DNA of 64,000 nucleotides, taken from positions 124,001-188,000 of the forward strand of contig JAAOMT010000518.1 of the NCBI GenBank assembly GCA_016748015.1, in the 5' to 3' direction. Under the pieces are notes generated by a model. It made no database searches. It had not been told where the DNA came from and saw nothing but the letters and a program-made list of their open reading frames with translations. This document shows, one piece after another, positions 26,115-39,358 of the stretch (within the stretch, counting starts at the first letter, position 1; each line of letters begins with the position of its first letter). Source of the stretch: Geosiphon pyriformis uo1 (taxonomy: Eukaryota; Fungi; Glomeromycota). Both the position numbers and the translations under genes were made by a program.

Positions 26115-26981
26115 TATTATGGTTTAAGAATTTAGCAAAAAGAATCATAAAAATAATACAAACTATTCAATCATAATATAGCACAGTAATAATCTTAGAA
26201 AGGTAATGATTAACATAGTAGCAAACACCATCTCGCGATAGTGGCAAGCACCAGTTCACAATAGCAGCCAACACCAACTGGTGATAGCAGCAAGCACCAG
26301 GTTGAAATATCAAAAAGAAAGTATTTTTTCGTAGAACTACAAACATGTATATATACAGTAGTTTTAATATTGGGAAAAAATCAATCAAGTAATAAAAATC
26401 ATAACTTATCAAGCAACAGATCCAATTTTATCCAACAAACCCCACTTTAAATCATACTTTCAAATTAAATATCCCAAGAAAAAAAAAAAAATCAAAAAGA
26501 AATGAAAAAGAATATTTAAAACAGAACTATCACAACCCAAAGTATTAAGAAACTTACTTGTATTATTTATTGAATGAAACTATCATTCATCAACTGAATC
26601 CCTTGGAAGAATAATCCTTGATCAAGATTATTCATGTTGTTACTAATTGATAAAAGCTTTATTGTGAAAATTAGAAAAGCGCTAAAGACCATTAACATTC
26701 TGTGTTTCTAGATTAGAGAAACACATCAGGCAATTGCAAGAATAGCCTCAGAAAAGACCCCAAACAGTGGGTAGATTTCAGTTCAGCCTCTGAGAAGGAG
26801 TACATAAACACACACAACAATCAAGAATTAAAGAATAACTTACATCGCAACAGTAAAAAGAAAGCCTTCAATGTAACAGTGACATTATCACACAAATAGA
26901 ATTGAGGAACTCACGAAAGACTGATTGCAATTAAAGCGGGATATCAGCAATTAAATATAACAAGAAAACTATCCCGTAACA
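26115..26981 (+). repeat. 3' LTR
   Basis: Direct repeat of 21470-22336. Its start is mutated to TATTATGG. Confidence 0.95.
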
Positions 26982-29900
26982 TTGGTAATGTATTTTAAAC
27001 AAAAATTGTTGGTGGCTTTTTATTTTTCTCTCTTTATAAACAAAATAATTCATCAAAAGTTGACTTTTTCTCAAAAATAAAGTCTTTTTTATTGGTTATA
27101 TTAGACATTAATAATAAATTTACAGTTATTAAACACAGTTTTACAGATCTTACAAAACAAATTAATAAGTTGGCAAAAAGATTGAAAACACTTAGATTAA
27201 TAGTTTTCCAGTTATGTCTTGAATGTCAATTATTGGTAATCTTTTTATTGCAGAATTAAAAGATGAATATAGTAATAAGTAAGAGTTTAGATACAGTTAC
27301 TAGCAACAAAACTATAACAAAAAAAAGTTTTCTTTTATTTCAAGACATTATTAGTTTAGAAGCAAGCATAAACAATTTGTTTAATATAATTATAAATCTG
27401 TTAACCAAAATAGAGAATATTGGTTTGAATTTAGGCACTTTTTTCTATTAATAATTAATTTAGTTTAAAAAATTTCTATATGTAATATTTGAGATATCAA
27501 TGTTTCTATTAAGCAAAAGAATATTGTTTGTTGACATATAGATTTGAATAACATAATTTTTATTATTATGATAATAAAATTAAGATTTAATATTAGATTA
27601 TAAATTATGAATAAGTTTAATTAGATACAAATTTTTACATTTGGTTTAGATAAAAGTTTTTTTAATATTAAAGTGGCTATTATTATAAACAGTTTTTGGC
27701 TTAACATGTTTTAAAAATAAAAAAAATTTCTGGTTGAATTATTTCTATTCAATTTTTGTTTAAAGGAAAATTTTCAATTACAATCTTTAGTTTGTATACT
27801 GGTTTTTTTGCTGAGATTAAATTTAGTTAAACATCAAAGATTAATTTTTTTATTGTTAAAATAGTTAATTTCAACTTTTTTATAGTTTTGAGTAGAGATT
27901 TTAATAAAGATAAATCAAAAAAAAGTGCAAGTTTTAAGTTTTGCTTAAATTTAGGTTTAGTTAATTTTTTTAGTGACTACTTATTAATTAAAACTTCTAT
28001 GTAAAACAATTTTAAAGATATTAAAAAAATTATTGATTATATTTTTGTGGATAAAAATTTGTTATCTGTAGTTGTTAGTTATAGAGTTTATCTTGTGGTT
28101 GAATTTTTTAATGCTAATTACAAAGTGGTTTTGGTTTTGGTTGGTCTAAAAGATTTTTTAAATATTTATTTAAACAATATATGCAAACAAGCTAACAAAA
28201 ATTATTGAAAGTTTAAGATAAAAAAGCAAATAATTTCAAATAAACATGTTTTAAAAAGTGCTCTTTAATTAATTATTTATTAAGGTTAGGTGAATTTATA
28301 AATACTAAAAGTCTTAATAATTTAAATGTTATGTAAAAAGTATTAAAAGAAATAATAGTGAATTTAACCAATAAAATGTTTTCTAAACATTAGTTTAATA
28401 AAGTTGATTGTTTAAAAAACAAGCAATTTTTAAAGTTTTTCAAATTAAAACTATTGGTTTTTAAGATTGTTAAGAAATTGAGTTTGAGTAATAAGTTTAA
28501 ATTTGATTATTTTACTAAAACTTGGTTGTTTATTAATAGTATTAAGACTTTAAAAATTTGTAAAATGGTTTAAAATAGCATAAAAATAATGAATATTATT
28601 AAGCATTTATTAATAATCAAAAAAAATTATAGAAAGTTCAAGTACTATAAATTTAAAACTGCTAAAAATATATTTATTAAAAAAATAATAGAAAAGCATA
28701 TAAAAAATTTTTGTTTTAACAAAAAGTATATAATAAAAAAATTTTTGAAATTTTTTTTTTGTAAAATAGTTTTTGATTATTTAGTAATAAAAAAAAAGTT
28801 AATTCTAAAGCTAAGTAAAATAAAACTTGAAGTTGACAAAATTATGAAAAATTAGACAAAAAAGCAGATTGTGTCTTTAAAGTTATCTAATCTGTAGTTT
28901 TATTAATATGTATTCTTAAAATATATAAATAATACTGCTTTTTTAAATATAATAAAAGATTTTAGCATAAATAAGTTGGTTTTAATAATTAAAAATCTGC
29001 TTAATAGTAAAGCTACTAATCTGTTTAATATATTTAATGAACTTTAGAATTATTATAATAATATAATGATAAGATATCTATTGGTTCTAATGAACTTTTA
29101 TTTGGTTTTTAGTAATATTCCAATTGTCTTAAAAAGGGCATAAGTTTCAATGATCTTTAAGTCTTATAAATAATATGATATTTTAACAAAAATTTGTTTA
29201 TTGTACTAATTGAAATTGCTAAAAAAATCTTGTTCAAGATTTTTTTAAATCAGATTTTAATAACTTATAGCAAATTTGGTGTTCTTTAAAATAATAATTT
29301 CTCGGTTTTAAAAAGCATTTTAACTCAGTTTTCTGTGTTTATTATTGGTTTAATAATTAAAAATGTTCTAAAAAAAACAGAAAGCTTTAATTAATATTAC
29401 AAGATATATATAAAACATATAATTTGATTGAATATTATTATTTAAAAACTAGCTTACAGCATATTAAAATATATGACCAGTTTATTGAATTTTTTGGCAA
29501 TATACATAAAAAAAAATAAACAAAGTAATAACTGATTTTAGACTTTTAAAAAATTATAAAATACATAACAAACTAGATTAAAATAAAATTTTTTCATCTT
29601 TTTTGTGAAAAATATTTTATGATTCTTTTTGTGTAAGGTTAAAAAACATAAATATTTATATAAATACCAAATTGATATTAAGTTTATGATTAAGACTGGT
29701 AAAATAAAGAATATAAAAGAAAAAATATTGTTTTTTGCAGTAAATGTTTTGTTAATAACATAATTTAAATTAAGAATAGTTAAGCTACTATGCAATATAT
29801 TTTGGATATAATTAGCAAATTTTTTAAAATTAATAATATTTTGATCAATAATAAAAAAACAATCGCTATTCTTATTAATTAGAATATAAAAATAGCATCT

Positions 29901-30020
29901 TTAAAGATTAGTAGTGTTACCCAAGTAGAAAAACCAAAAAGCTATAGAAAAACGTAACAAAGAAATGTGACAAGAAAAATGTGGTACAACTCAAGGTAAC
30001 ACAGAACAAATGAAAGCAAT

Positions 30021-30150
30021 AGCTAGCTATAACAAGCATTAGCTAGCAATAACAAGCAATAGCTAGCAATAACAAGCAATAGCTAGTAATAACAAGTATT
30101 AGCTAGCAATAACAAACAATAGCTAGCAATAATGAACAATAGCTAGCAAT
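30021..30150 (+). repeat. 20-bp tandem repeat AGCTAGCAATAACAAGCAAT, ~6.5 copies
   Basis: Directly visible, with no unique spacers. Confidence 0.9.
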
Positions 30151-30385
30151 AGTGAAACAATTGAAAGCAATCTTATAAAACCAAAAAAATGTATAAAAGC
30201 AAGTAGTTGTAAAAGTTTTTTAGTTAGTTAGTAATCAATTTTACTTTGTATTATACTTATTATATATCCATAAGTCCAAAATACAATAATTATCAAAAAC
30301 AAAATCTAATTTACCAATTCATGTTCTCCAATCTTACAGATTTTAATTGAAATTAAAATCAGTATTTCCTATCTTTGTTCCAGGA

Positions 30386-30730
30386 NNNNNNNNNNNNNNN
30401 NNNNNAGCTAGCAATAACAAGCAATAGCTAGTAATAACAAGTATTAGCTAGCAATAACAAACAATAGCTAGCAATAATGAACAATAGCTAGCAATAGTGA
30501 AACAATTGAAAGCAATCTTATAAAACCAAAAAAATGTATAAAAGCAAGTAGTTGTAAAAGTTTTTTAGTTAGTTAGTAATCAATTTTACTTTGTATTATA
30601 CTTATTATATATCCATAAGTCCAAAATACAATAATTATCAAAAACAAAATCTAATTTACCAATTCATGTTCTCCAATCTTACAGATTTTAATTGAAATTA
30701 AAATCAGTATTTCCTATCTTTGTTCCAGGA
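30386..30730. other. Scaffold gap (20 N) followed by a re-copy of 30061-30385
   Basis: 30406-30730 appears identical to 30061-30385, as expected for an unmerged contig overlap. Confidence 0.9.
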
Positions 30731-33329
30731 CAGATGTCATTAGCATAAATGCTTTGAATTCTTAACAATTTAGACCAATTGCTCTTGATTATGGTAATTG
30801 ATGGAAACTAATTCTTTTTTTTTTTTCTCTTTATTTTTTTTATTTTTTTTTTTTGTTTGGAGCAGCAATATAGAAAAATTGACTGTCTTGGAATAAACTT
30901 TGTGATAGTCTGGTAAAAAAGAAAAGCTCTCTCTAAGTTTTGGATATTAATGTTATCTTAGTAGCTTACCAAAAGGGTGAAAAGACAATGCCAGACCCTA
31001 ATAACTGCACTTGTTAATGTGGAGAAGAAAGTTCACATCTATGGAAAACATTGCAATCAACAAAAAACAAACTCTGTGTCTTATAACCAAAAAACTCAAT
31101 GGGTAAATTCATATCCAAGAATAGACCTTCAGAGATTGATAACACAAACACTGTGGAAAGAGCAAACAACCTTGAAAGACCAAAAAAATTAGAGTACCAA
31201 ATATTACTATTATACTCTATCCAGTTTATCCATAACAGTAATTTACTAATTTTAATTGCTAAAAAGAATAAATTACACAATTATTTAGAAATTTTTTTGT
31301 TAACTGAGGAATTATTAAAGCTAAGTATAGCTAAAACTTATTCTAATGTTCTGTTTTTTGCCAATATAATACTAAAAAAAAACAATTAAAAAATTTTAGA
31401 TAATAACAGAACTGATTTGTTGATAAAAAAAACTGCTTATTCCTTCTATTTTTTGTTAAGTGATATATATAAACATTTTATGATGACTAAAAAGATGGCA
31501 GTATTTGGCAATACTTGTTATTTTGTTTGTAATTTGTATAGATTTGTTTATTATATTTAATAGAAAGTTGGTTTTAGTTTTGATATAATTTCTGATTCAT
31601 TAATTTAAAAAGTGAATTAATCTTTGACTGTACAAATATAACACTCTAATTTACATATGTTTTCTAGATTTATTAGCAAAATTTCAGCCAATTTGCATAT
31701 GTACTTAATAAAAACAGTACATAAAAAACTGTCAATAATAATTAAAAAAAGATTATATAACAAAACCTATCCTAATGTTTTATGTTTATTATATAAAAAG
31801 ATGAAAATATTAGATTATGTATTTATTTATTCTAAAGATATTGGTGTTTATAAAAAACTACTGTTGAAACTTTTTGATTATTAAATATTATTGGCTGGTG
31901 TTTATACTTTTTTTATCTCTATTGTATTATAAATATTGGTTTTATGTACATTTAATGTAGATTTGTATGCTGTAATTTGTAAAGATTTTGTTTTAAAGAA
32001 GTGGTTATTAAAAGCTGTATTAATTTTAAAAATAAAAAAAAGGCAGTTTTAACTGTTATTAAGTTTGTGTAATGTTTAGTAAAATAGCACTATTCAAGAA
32101 TTTGGCTTCTTAAAGCTAAGTATAAAATTAATATAAAAAAAGCTGGTTTAATTGATAATATTAATATTTAATTGTTTTGTAAATTACTAGTTTGCTTGTT
32201 AAATGAAGTAATTTAGTTATTGGAAGTTATCAAGTTTTTTATAATTAGTTTTGGTTAGTGTAATCTGTATTTCTTTTTTTCTGGTTTAGCAAGTAAAATT
32301 ATTATTAATCTAAATATGTAATAGTGTTTTATTTGATTTAAGTAGCTGGTCACATAAAGTAAATATATGAATTATATTTAATTTAAACTTTTTAATTTAA
32401 TTTTATGTATTAGATAACAATTAAACTTTATTTATAAAATAATGATAATAAAAAATTAGATTATTAATTAGATAATAATATTTAATAATATAATAATTTA
32501 ATAAAAATAAATTAAATTGTAATATATATTAATTGATAATAAAAATTATTAACTTAAATTTTTATTAATAATAATAATAATTTAAAAATTTAAAAATTTA
32601 TTTAATTTAATTTAAACAAAAACAATCTGATAATTAATATTAAAAAACTTTATTATATTTAATATTTTTTGACCAATTATAATATTTATAGATAATATAT
32701 TAATAAAAATATAGTTTATTATTTCTTCTACTTTTTTAAAAAATTTTTAAGTTGTAATTTTAACCAAAAAACTATTGTTTAAAAAATTAACTAGTTTTAA
32801 ATCTAAATACTTTTTAAAGTTTGCATATTTTTAAAAACTATTTTTATTAAAATTACTATTTATAATTACAAAAAAATTTTATTTACAGTTTTCAAATTAA
32901 TTTTACCAGTTTAAACATGTTTTATTTTTATAAAAATACCAATATAAAATTTTAAAATTACAACAAAAAGTTTGATTTTAAAAAACAATTTAATTAATAA
33001 TAGTTAACTAATTATTTTTAAAACTTTATATATATATTTAACCAAACTTATTTTTATAATAAATATAATACCAAACTTTAAATAACTAAAATTCAAACTA
33101 AAAATAAAGATTTTTATCTTATTAAACTTATTTATAATTTAAAATTTAATTTAATTCTTTAATTTAATTTTAATAATAATAAATATTAAATTGTTTGAAT
33201 TTTTTTGCTATTTTACAATGTTTTTTTGTTTTATAAAATTATTTATTACTTTTATTTTACATGTAATAATTTTCCAAAATAAATTATTTATTAAAAAAAA
33301 TATATAAAACTTATTTTTGAAAAACATCT

Positions 33330-34340
33330 TATTTAATCTTGAAAGCTTGACCAATTTAGTAACTATATATAAATACTTTATTATGGCTAATAGTCTGCTG
33401 GTTTCTGGTAATGTTTGTCATTTTGTTCAGAACATTTTTAAGTCAGTGAATTAGATGCATTAAAAAACTGGTTTTGGTTCTAGAGTTTTAGGTAGTTTTT
33501 TAGTTTGTAATATTGATTAATCTATACTATAGCAGTTTGACATCCTGATTCACATATATTATTAGAGTTTATAAGCAAGACTTCAGTTGAATTGCACACT
33601 TATTTTATGAAGATTGTCTATGATAAACTGTCTATTGTTGTTAAGAAAAAACTTTATGCCAAATATTACTCTGGTGTTTTATGTTTGTATTATGAGGAGA
33701 TTAAGTTTTCTAATTATGTGTTTATGTGTTATAAGAAGTTCATCTCCTGCAAGGCAATTTTGTTTAAGTATATTTTATGTTGAAGGTTTCTGGCTGGTTC
33801 TTGTCTTTTCACCTCTTCTGTAGTTGTGAAATCTCTTCTCTCATGTTTATCTGATGTCAGTCTGTATTCTCTTTTTTACAAAAACTTTGTGCTTGCAAGG
33901 TGGTTTGAGAAAATGATACAGATTTTTGATGATTATAAAGAAACTGCTCAGATTTTGGTTGATTTTGTGTATGGTTTGGATGTTTGACACCATTCTAAGT
34001 TGTGAAGATTTAGGTCTAGGTTTAGAGTAGATATAGAGAGAAATAATTTAGTTAGTAATTTAAGGGTAATGTCTGTGGTATTTGTTGGCTTAGTGCCAGT
34101 TTTTTTGGATAATGTGATTAAATTAATTGATATTAATGATTTATTTAGAATTAGTTTTGGTTTCTGTATATCTTGCTTGTTTTTTTCTGGTTTAGATGGT
34201 GAAGCTACTATTTATATAAAGGCTTAGTGTTGCTTTGATTAGTCTAAATGACTGGTTACATATAGTAAATACATGAATTGTATTTAGCTAAGGTCTATAG
34301 TTTTGACTCTATATACTAAATAGTGATTGGGCTGCATTCA
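33330..34340 (+). mobile_element. 5'-truncated LINE fragment (ORF2 C-terminus, 3' motif, A-tail)
   Basis: HTYFMKIVYDKLSIVVKKKLY..YSGVLCLY is homologous to 61190-61320. The 3' motif is at 34225-34325. Confidence 0.8.
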
Positions 34341-35499
34341 TAAAATGTTAATAAAAAAAATAACTAATTTAAAAACAACAAAAATAAAAATACTAAAACT
34401 TACAATTAATATACTAAAAAATTTTCAAAAAAAATATCTAAAATTAAATCAAAAACAGAAATTAATACTATAAAAAAGTAACAAATTATATAAAAAACAA
34501 GTAAAAACAAAATATTCAATCTAAAAAGTATTTTTAAAATTTTATTATAATATATTCAATTTTATTTTCAAAATAAAGACTTAAGCTTAAAAAAATATCA
34601 AATAAAATTGGTTTTAACTTATTATTATAACCAAAAAAATAATTAAAATAATTAGATATACAAAATATAAACGTTTTTTTTGTATAAAAACCAACAAAAT
34701 AAATTTAAATAATTTCTAAAAATACATATTTATTAAATTTTTTGGAAAAAAATTATATTCTAATTTAGTATAACCAAAACATTTACAATTTTTACAATAA
34801 ACCAAATTCAACTTAATTTATAATAAATTAATTTTATTAAATACAAAAATAATATAATATATTTTATTTTATTGTTAATAAATATGTAATTAATAAGTTT
34901 TTTTACCAGTTTTTTTAAAAACTTTTCAAAGTTATGTACAGTAAGATTTATAAGCAAAATAAATAATACAGCTCTAAACTTATTTTTTTGTTCTTAAATA
35001 ACTTAATTTTTAATAATTTCAGTTATAAAATTGAATTTTACCAATTAAAATAGATTAATTAAAAGCTAAAAAATTAATTTGACTTAATTTAATAAACTTT
35101 ATTATAATTTTTTGTTACAATTTAATTAATTGTAATTAAATCAATATAATTTTATTAAATTCAGACAAAACTAAAACAATTGTATTTTTAAAGCATTTAT
35201 TAGAATTTTTTTAATAATTATTATCAGATCTAAATATATATTTAGCTTTTTAAAATTATTATTTACTAAAATATTCTTATTAATAGTTAATACTATAGCT
35301 TTTTTAAACAATTGTCTAATATAAACATAGATTTAATAATTTTTTAAAATTTTAAAAAGATAATAATCTTCTTAAAACTATTTATAATTAAAAATAATTT
35401 TATAATCATTTATATTTTTTCGATAAATTTTTTTTTAATAGTTAAAAGATTAATTTAATTTTTTTTAATAGTTATTTTTATTTTTTTTATTGCTATAAA

Positions 35500-36085
35500 A
35501 GCTTGCTGGGAGTTTCTACTAATGGAAATATAATTGCTGATTCACTATATGAGATTACTTTTTCTATTGACTTGTACATAGCACTGGTTAAGAGTTTTGT
35601 GTTAAAGAGTTGGGTGGCTGACACAGTAGGCTGTTTGGGTGCTGATTTTGGTGGAGATGCATTGGTTGTTAATTTTGTTCATCATTTTGCTGAGAGTTAC
35701 AGATCTGCTGTTTGGCTGCTTATAGCTAAGTTAAAGTTTTATTATGAGAAGCATAAGCTCCTGCTGCATAATAGTTCTTCTGTTCCTTTAGTATCTGGTT
35801 TGTCTTCCTTATGGTTTGCCAGAACAATTCGGGATTTCAGTTTCAGGTTAGGTATTCATGTGTGCTTTGGATTGTATCTATGTCTAACCAAATCAGATTT
35901 TGGTTTCTTGAGTGATGTTTTTGTAGTAAAAAATTTAAGTGTGTAGTGCTGTCTTGATTGGCTTAAGTGGTTGGTCACGTATAGAAAAGGCATAAGCCAT
36001 GCTTAATTTAGATTCTGTTTTTGATTCTATGTACTTAGGTAGTGATTAGGCTGTACTCGTAAAACTTATAAAAAAAAAAAAAAAA

Positions 36086-36140
<55 letters not shown>
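35500..36140 (+). mobile_element. 5'-truncated LINE fragment with long poly(A)
   Basis: ORF 35503-35946 is homologous to the ORF2 C-terminus (LVKSFVLKSW vs LCKGFVFKKW). The 3' motif spans 35945-36057 and is followed by a ~70-nt A-tract. Confidence 0.85.
35945..36057 (+). ncRNA. Conserved cis-acting four-way-junction RNA structure in the LINE 3' UTR (best-resolved copy; others at ~6441 partial, ~32322, ~34225, ~38290, ~39375-39494 minus, ~42525-42640 minus, ~61818)
   Basis: Manual fold gives P1 35945-54/36048-57 (central U-U), P2 35955-62/35970-77, P3 35978-82/35990-94 (AGAAAA loop) and P4 35995-36006/36035-47 (bulged A). Pairing is largely preserved across the divergent copies. Confidence 0.65.
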
Positions 36141-36141
<1 letters not shown>

Positions 36142-36599
36142 CCAATTGTTTAAATTTTAAAGCAATAAAATATAAAAATAAAAGACAAATATTTTTTATT
36201 ATTTATTTTAAAATTAATGCTAAGTAATAAAGCTACTAACTTATTTATATTTATTTTTTTTGTTTTTAAAATATTTGTTTAAGAGTTTAAAAAAATCTTA
36301 TTTTTATTATTTGTTTTACAATTATTATTAACTACCAAAACAAATTTTTTTTTTAAAATTAATTTTTATATTATTAAATTACTTAATAATAATTAAAAAT
36401 TTATTCAAAAATTTAGTTAAAATAAATTTGTTTTATTATTCAAATTTTTGATATTTTTAATCAAATTTTTCTTATAATACTATTAATAACAATTATTAAA
36501 AAAATTAATGTTTTGAAAAATAGTTGAAAAATAAAAGAAAAAAAAAGTTTTGTTTTTTGTTATTTATTTGTTATTGCATTAAAAAAATTAATATTTAAT

Positions 36600-38415
36600 A
36601 ACTTTTATTTAAATTTATTTTTTTTAATTATAATTAAAACAAAATATAAAAAAGTTGTAAATATTACTTTTTTATAATAATTAAAGTTTTATAAAATATA
36701 GATAAAATATTAATAATATAATAGTTTTTAAGGCATTTTTTTTTAATTAATAGTTTTTTTTCAGTTAAAATTTTTTTTTAAAAAACATATTAAAGTTTTT
36801 AAAATTATTTTTATTTTTTTTTAAAACTTTAAAATTTTTAATAATATGTCTCTTAAAATAAATTAAAATTAATTATTAATTATATTATTAAATATAATAT
36901 TATATTGTGAATTTTTACTAATTTTAAAAACAAAACAAAATATATTTTTATATATTTTTTCAATTATTAAAAATTTTTTGAATAAATAGTTTTTATTTTA
37001 ATGTTTAATAAAATTATTAAAATTAAAATAGCTTATATTAAGAATATATTCTAGTTTCTATATGGTTTTTTTAAACTTAATTATTAAAAACAATATTAAG
37101 TTTTTTTGTATAAAATTTATATTTTAAGTTTTTATAAATATTATTATATAAATTAAATTTGCTAAATTTTTTTTTATTTTGAAAATTATAAAGTCTTTTG
37201 TAATTTTTGTTAATATTTTATTTTTGTTATTATTATCTTTTATAATGTTTTTTTAATACTATTTTGATAATATTAAACTATTTAAAATGTTTTTAATAAA
37301 GTTGTTTTAGTTAAATTAAAGCTTATTAATTTGTGATTTTATATTATTGTTTATTTTTATTTTTAATATTGTTTTTGTTTATTGGCTTGTATTAATATAA
37401 AATAGTATTAAAATTTTGTTTTTAGTTAGTTAAAATAAGATAATTGCTTTTTAAAATACTTTTAAAGCCAAATTAATTAACTTTTTTTCAAGTTATATTG
37501 TCTTTAAAATTAGCAAACTGGTTTTTTAAATTTATAATTATACTTGTTTTATTTTTTATTTTTTTAATTCTACTTAATAATTACAATATGTAATTATATT
37601 TGATTTTTAAGAAAATTTGAATATTATAATTATTAAACCTAATATTTTAAAAAAATATTGTATTTGATAATAAACTTTTAATTATTAATATTGTTTTAAA
37701 TATTAAATTTCAGATTATTTAACTGTTAATTATATGATATTATTATCTTTTTTTTTAAGTTTTTTAGTAATTTCCAAGTTTTTAATTCATTTTTATTAAT
37801 ATTAAGTTTTATATCAAGACTTTTGTTCTTTTAATTTTTTTTTTATCATATTTTTGGCTATTTTTGTTATTATTATTGTTAATTTTATGGTTAATTCTAG
37901 ATTAAATTTTTTGAAATTTCAAATCTTTTAATTAACTGTATTAATAAAATTTGTTGTTGAATTAATTAGTTTTTGGTTATTTTTTTTAATTATAAATAAT
38001 TAATTAAGTTATAAAGTAAAATTTAATATTATTACAATAATTGTTATTATTATAAGCTTTACTGTTTTTTGGCTAATTTGTTTAAAAATTTTGTTAATCT
38101 TAAAAATAAGATTAAATTTGGTCAAATAAATAATAATAAAATAAAATTTGTTAAGTTATTTTTTTTAAATAAGTCAATTTTTAAATATTTAATAATATTA
38201 TTATAAATAAGTTTTTTTAATATTAAGAATGATTTAGAAAAAATTAGATTGTTTTTAAATAAGTTTATTTTTACTTTTAGTTTTTTAGTTTAATTTAGTT
38301 TTAACTAACTTAAGTGGCTAATTACATGTAGAAAGTACATTAATTATGGCTATATTAAAATTTTTTGAATTTTATGTAATATTTAATAATTAAATTATAT
38401 TTTGTTAAAAAAAAT
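36600..38415 (+). mobile_element. Heavily decayed second copy of the ORF1-only element
   Basis: 37432-37525 aligns to the reverse complement of ~40330-40425. The 3' motif at ~38290-38405 and an A-tail follow at a similar distance (~0.9 kb). The 5' boundary is approximate. Confidence 0.6.
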
Positions 38416-39358
38416 TAAAAATTTGTATTAACAATATTTGATTAAAAAAAACTTAAAATTTATTGTTTTTAGCAATTTTTTTAAGTGTATAAAGATATTA
38501 TTTTAAATTTCAATAACTATTATGTTAGTTTTTGAAACAAATAAAATTTCTTAAGTTAAAATATTATGCTGTCTTGAAATTTATTTTGAATTAAGATATT
38601 TTTATCAATTATCTTTTTTATAAGTTTTAATAAAATTAAACAAGATAACAATATTATAAAAGTTAAAAAAAAAATTTTAAAAAATTTAACTTACTACTTT
38701 AACTTAAAATTTAAACCAAAAATTAATAATAAAAAAAACAAAAAAGATTATTTTAACTTAGTCAAACAATTTACAGCACATCAAAAATTATTACCAAATA
38801 TTTACAAATATTTAAACAAGAAATTTACATTAAATTATCACTTTTAATCATATTTTTTTCAGCTTTATTTGCTTAAACTTAAATAATTAACTTATCACTA
38901 ACTTATTTTTTAAGATTGAAAAACTTTTTATTACCAAAAAATCTAACTCAATAATAAAAACAAATTTACACAAGTATAAATATTATTAATTACTTAACAA
39001 AAAATTAAAATAAATATTTAGAAACACTAACAAATAAAGAAAACATTTTTGAATTTATTAAAAAAAAAAAAAATAATAACTATATATATTATTAAAATCT
39101 CAAAATTTTCAGAGAAATATTAAAACCAGTTCTTAAAAATAACTTGATAAAATCATAAAAACAAAAGATATAAATAAATAAAATACAACAAAAATATTAA
39201 AACAATTTTTTATTTTTTTTAAAAAACTATTGTTAAATAGTTTAAAAACTTAAATACATTTTTTAACAGCTAATAAGTATTTAAAAATGCTTTTTTTAAG
39301 CTATTTTTTAAAATAGCTTTTAAAACATTAAACAAGAGTTAATTGAATCTGTAATAAC

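Larger units (their letters stand above)
21470..26981 (+). mobile_element. Ty3/Gypsy-type LTR retrotransposon, internally deleted (gag-protease-Cys-rich-dUTPase; no RT/RNase H/integrase)
   Basis: Two 867-bp LTRs with termini TGTTACGG...CCGTAACA and a 4-bp TSD TTGG (21466-69 and 26982-85). PBS and PPT are present. Confidence 0.95.
29915..31237. mobile_element. Solo LTR (~978 bp after removing the gap duplication) inserted in the decayed LINE
   Basis: Termini TGTTAC...ATAACA with flanks GTAG/GTAA (4-bp TSD, one G>A change). LINE homology resumes in register on both sides. Confidence 0.75.
20380..32455 (+). mobile_element. Old, heavily decayed LINE (ORF1-APE-RT-3' part) interrupted by an LTR element and a solo LTR
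   Basis: Collinear similarity to the LINE at 45308-61952: 21405-21469 plus 26986-27020 matches 46735-46835, and 29820-29914 plus 31242-31385 matches 49640-49880. It ends in the shared 3' motif at ~32320-32435. The 5' boundary is approximate. Confidence 0.75.

Noticed and set aside
30021-30150. CRISPR-like array
   Set aside because: The 20-bp units are contiguous with no unique spacers, lie inside an LTR in eukaryotic DNA, and no cas genes are present.
35945-36057. Hairpin or hammerhead ribozyme call for the LINE 3' fold
   Set aside because: GUC and AGAA are present but not opposed in one internal loop, there is no loop-B consensus, and there is no CUGANGA/GAAA core. Left as an unclassified structure.
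36070-36140. Long poly(A) as proof of very recent retrotransposition
   Set aside because: The element already shows transition decay, and homopolymer length in this assembly is unreliable.
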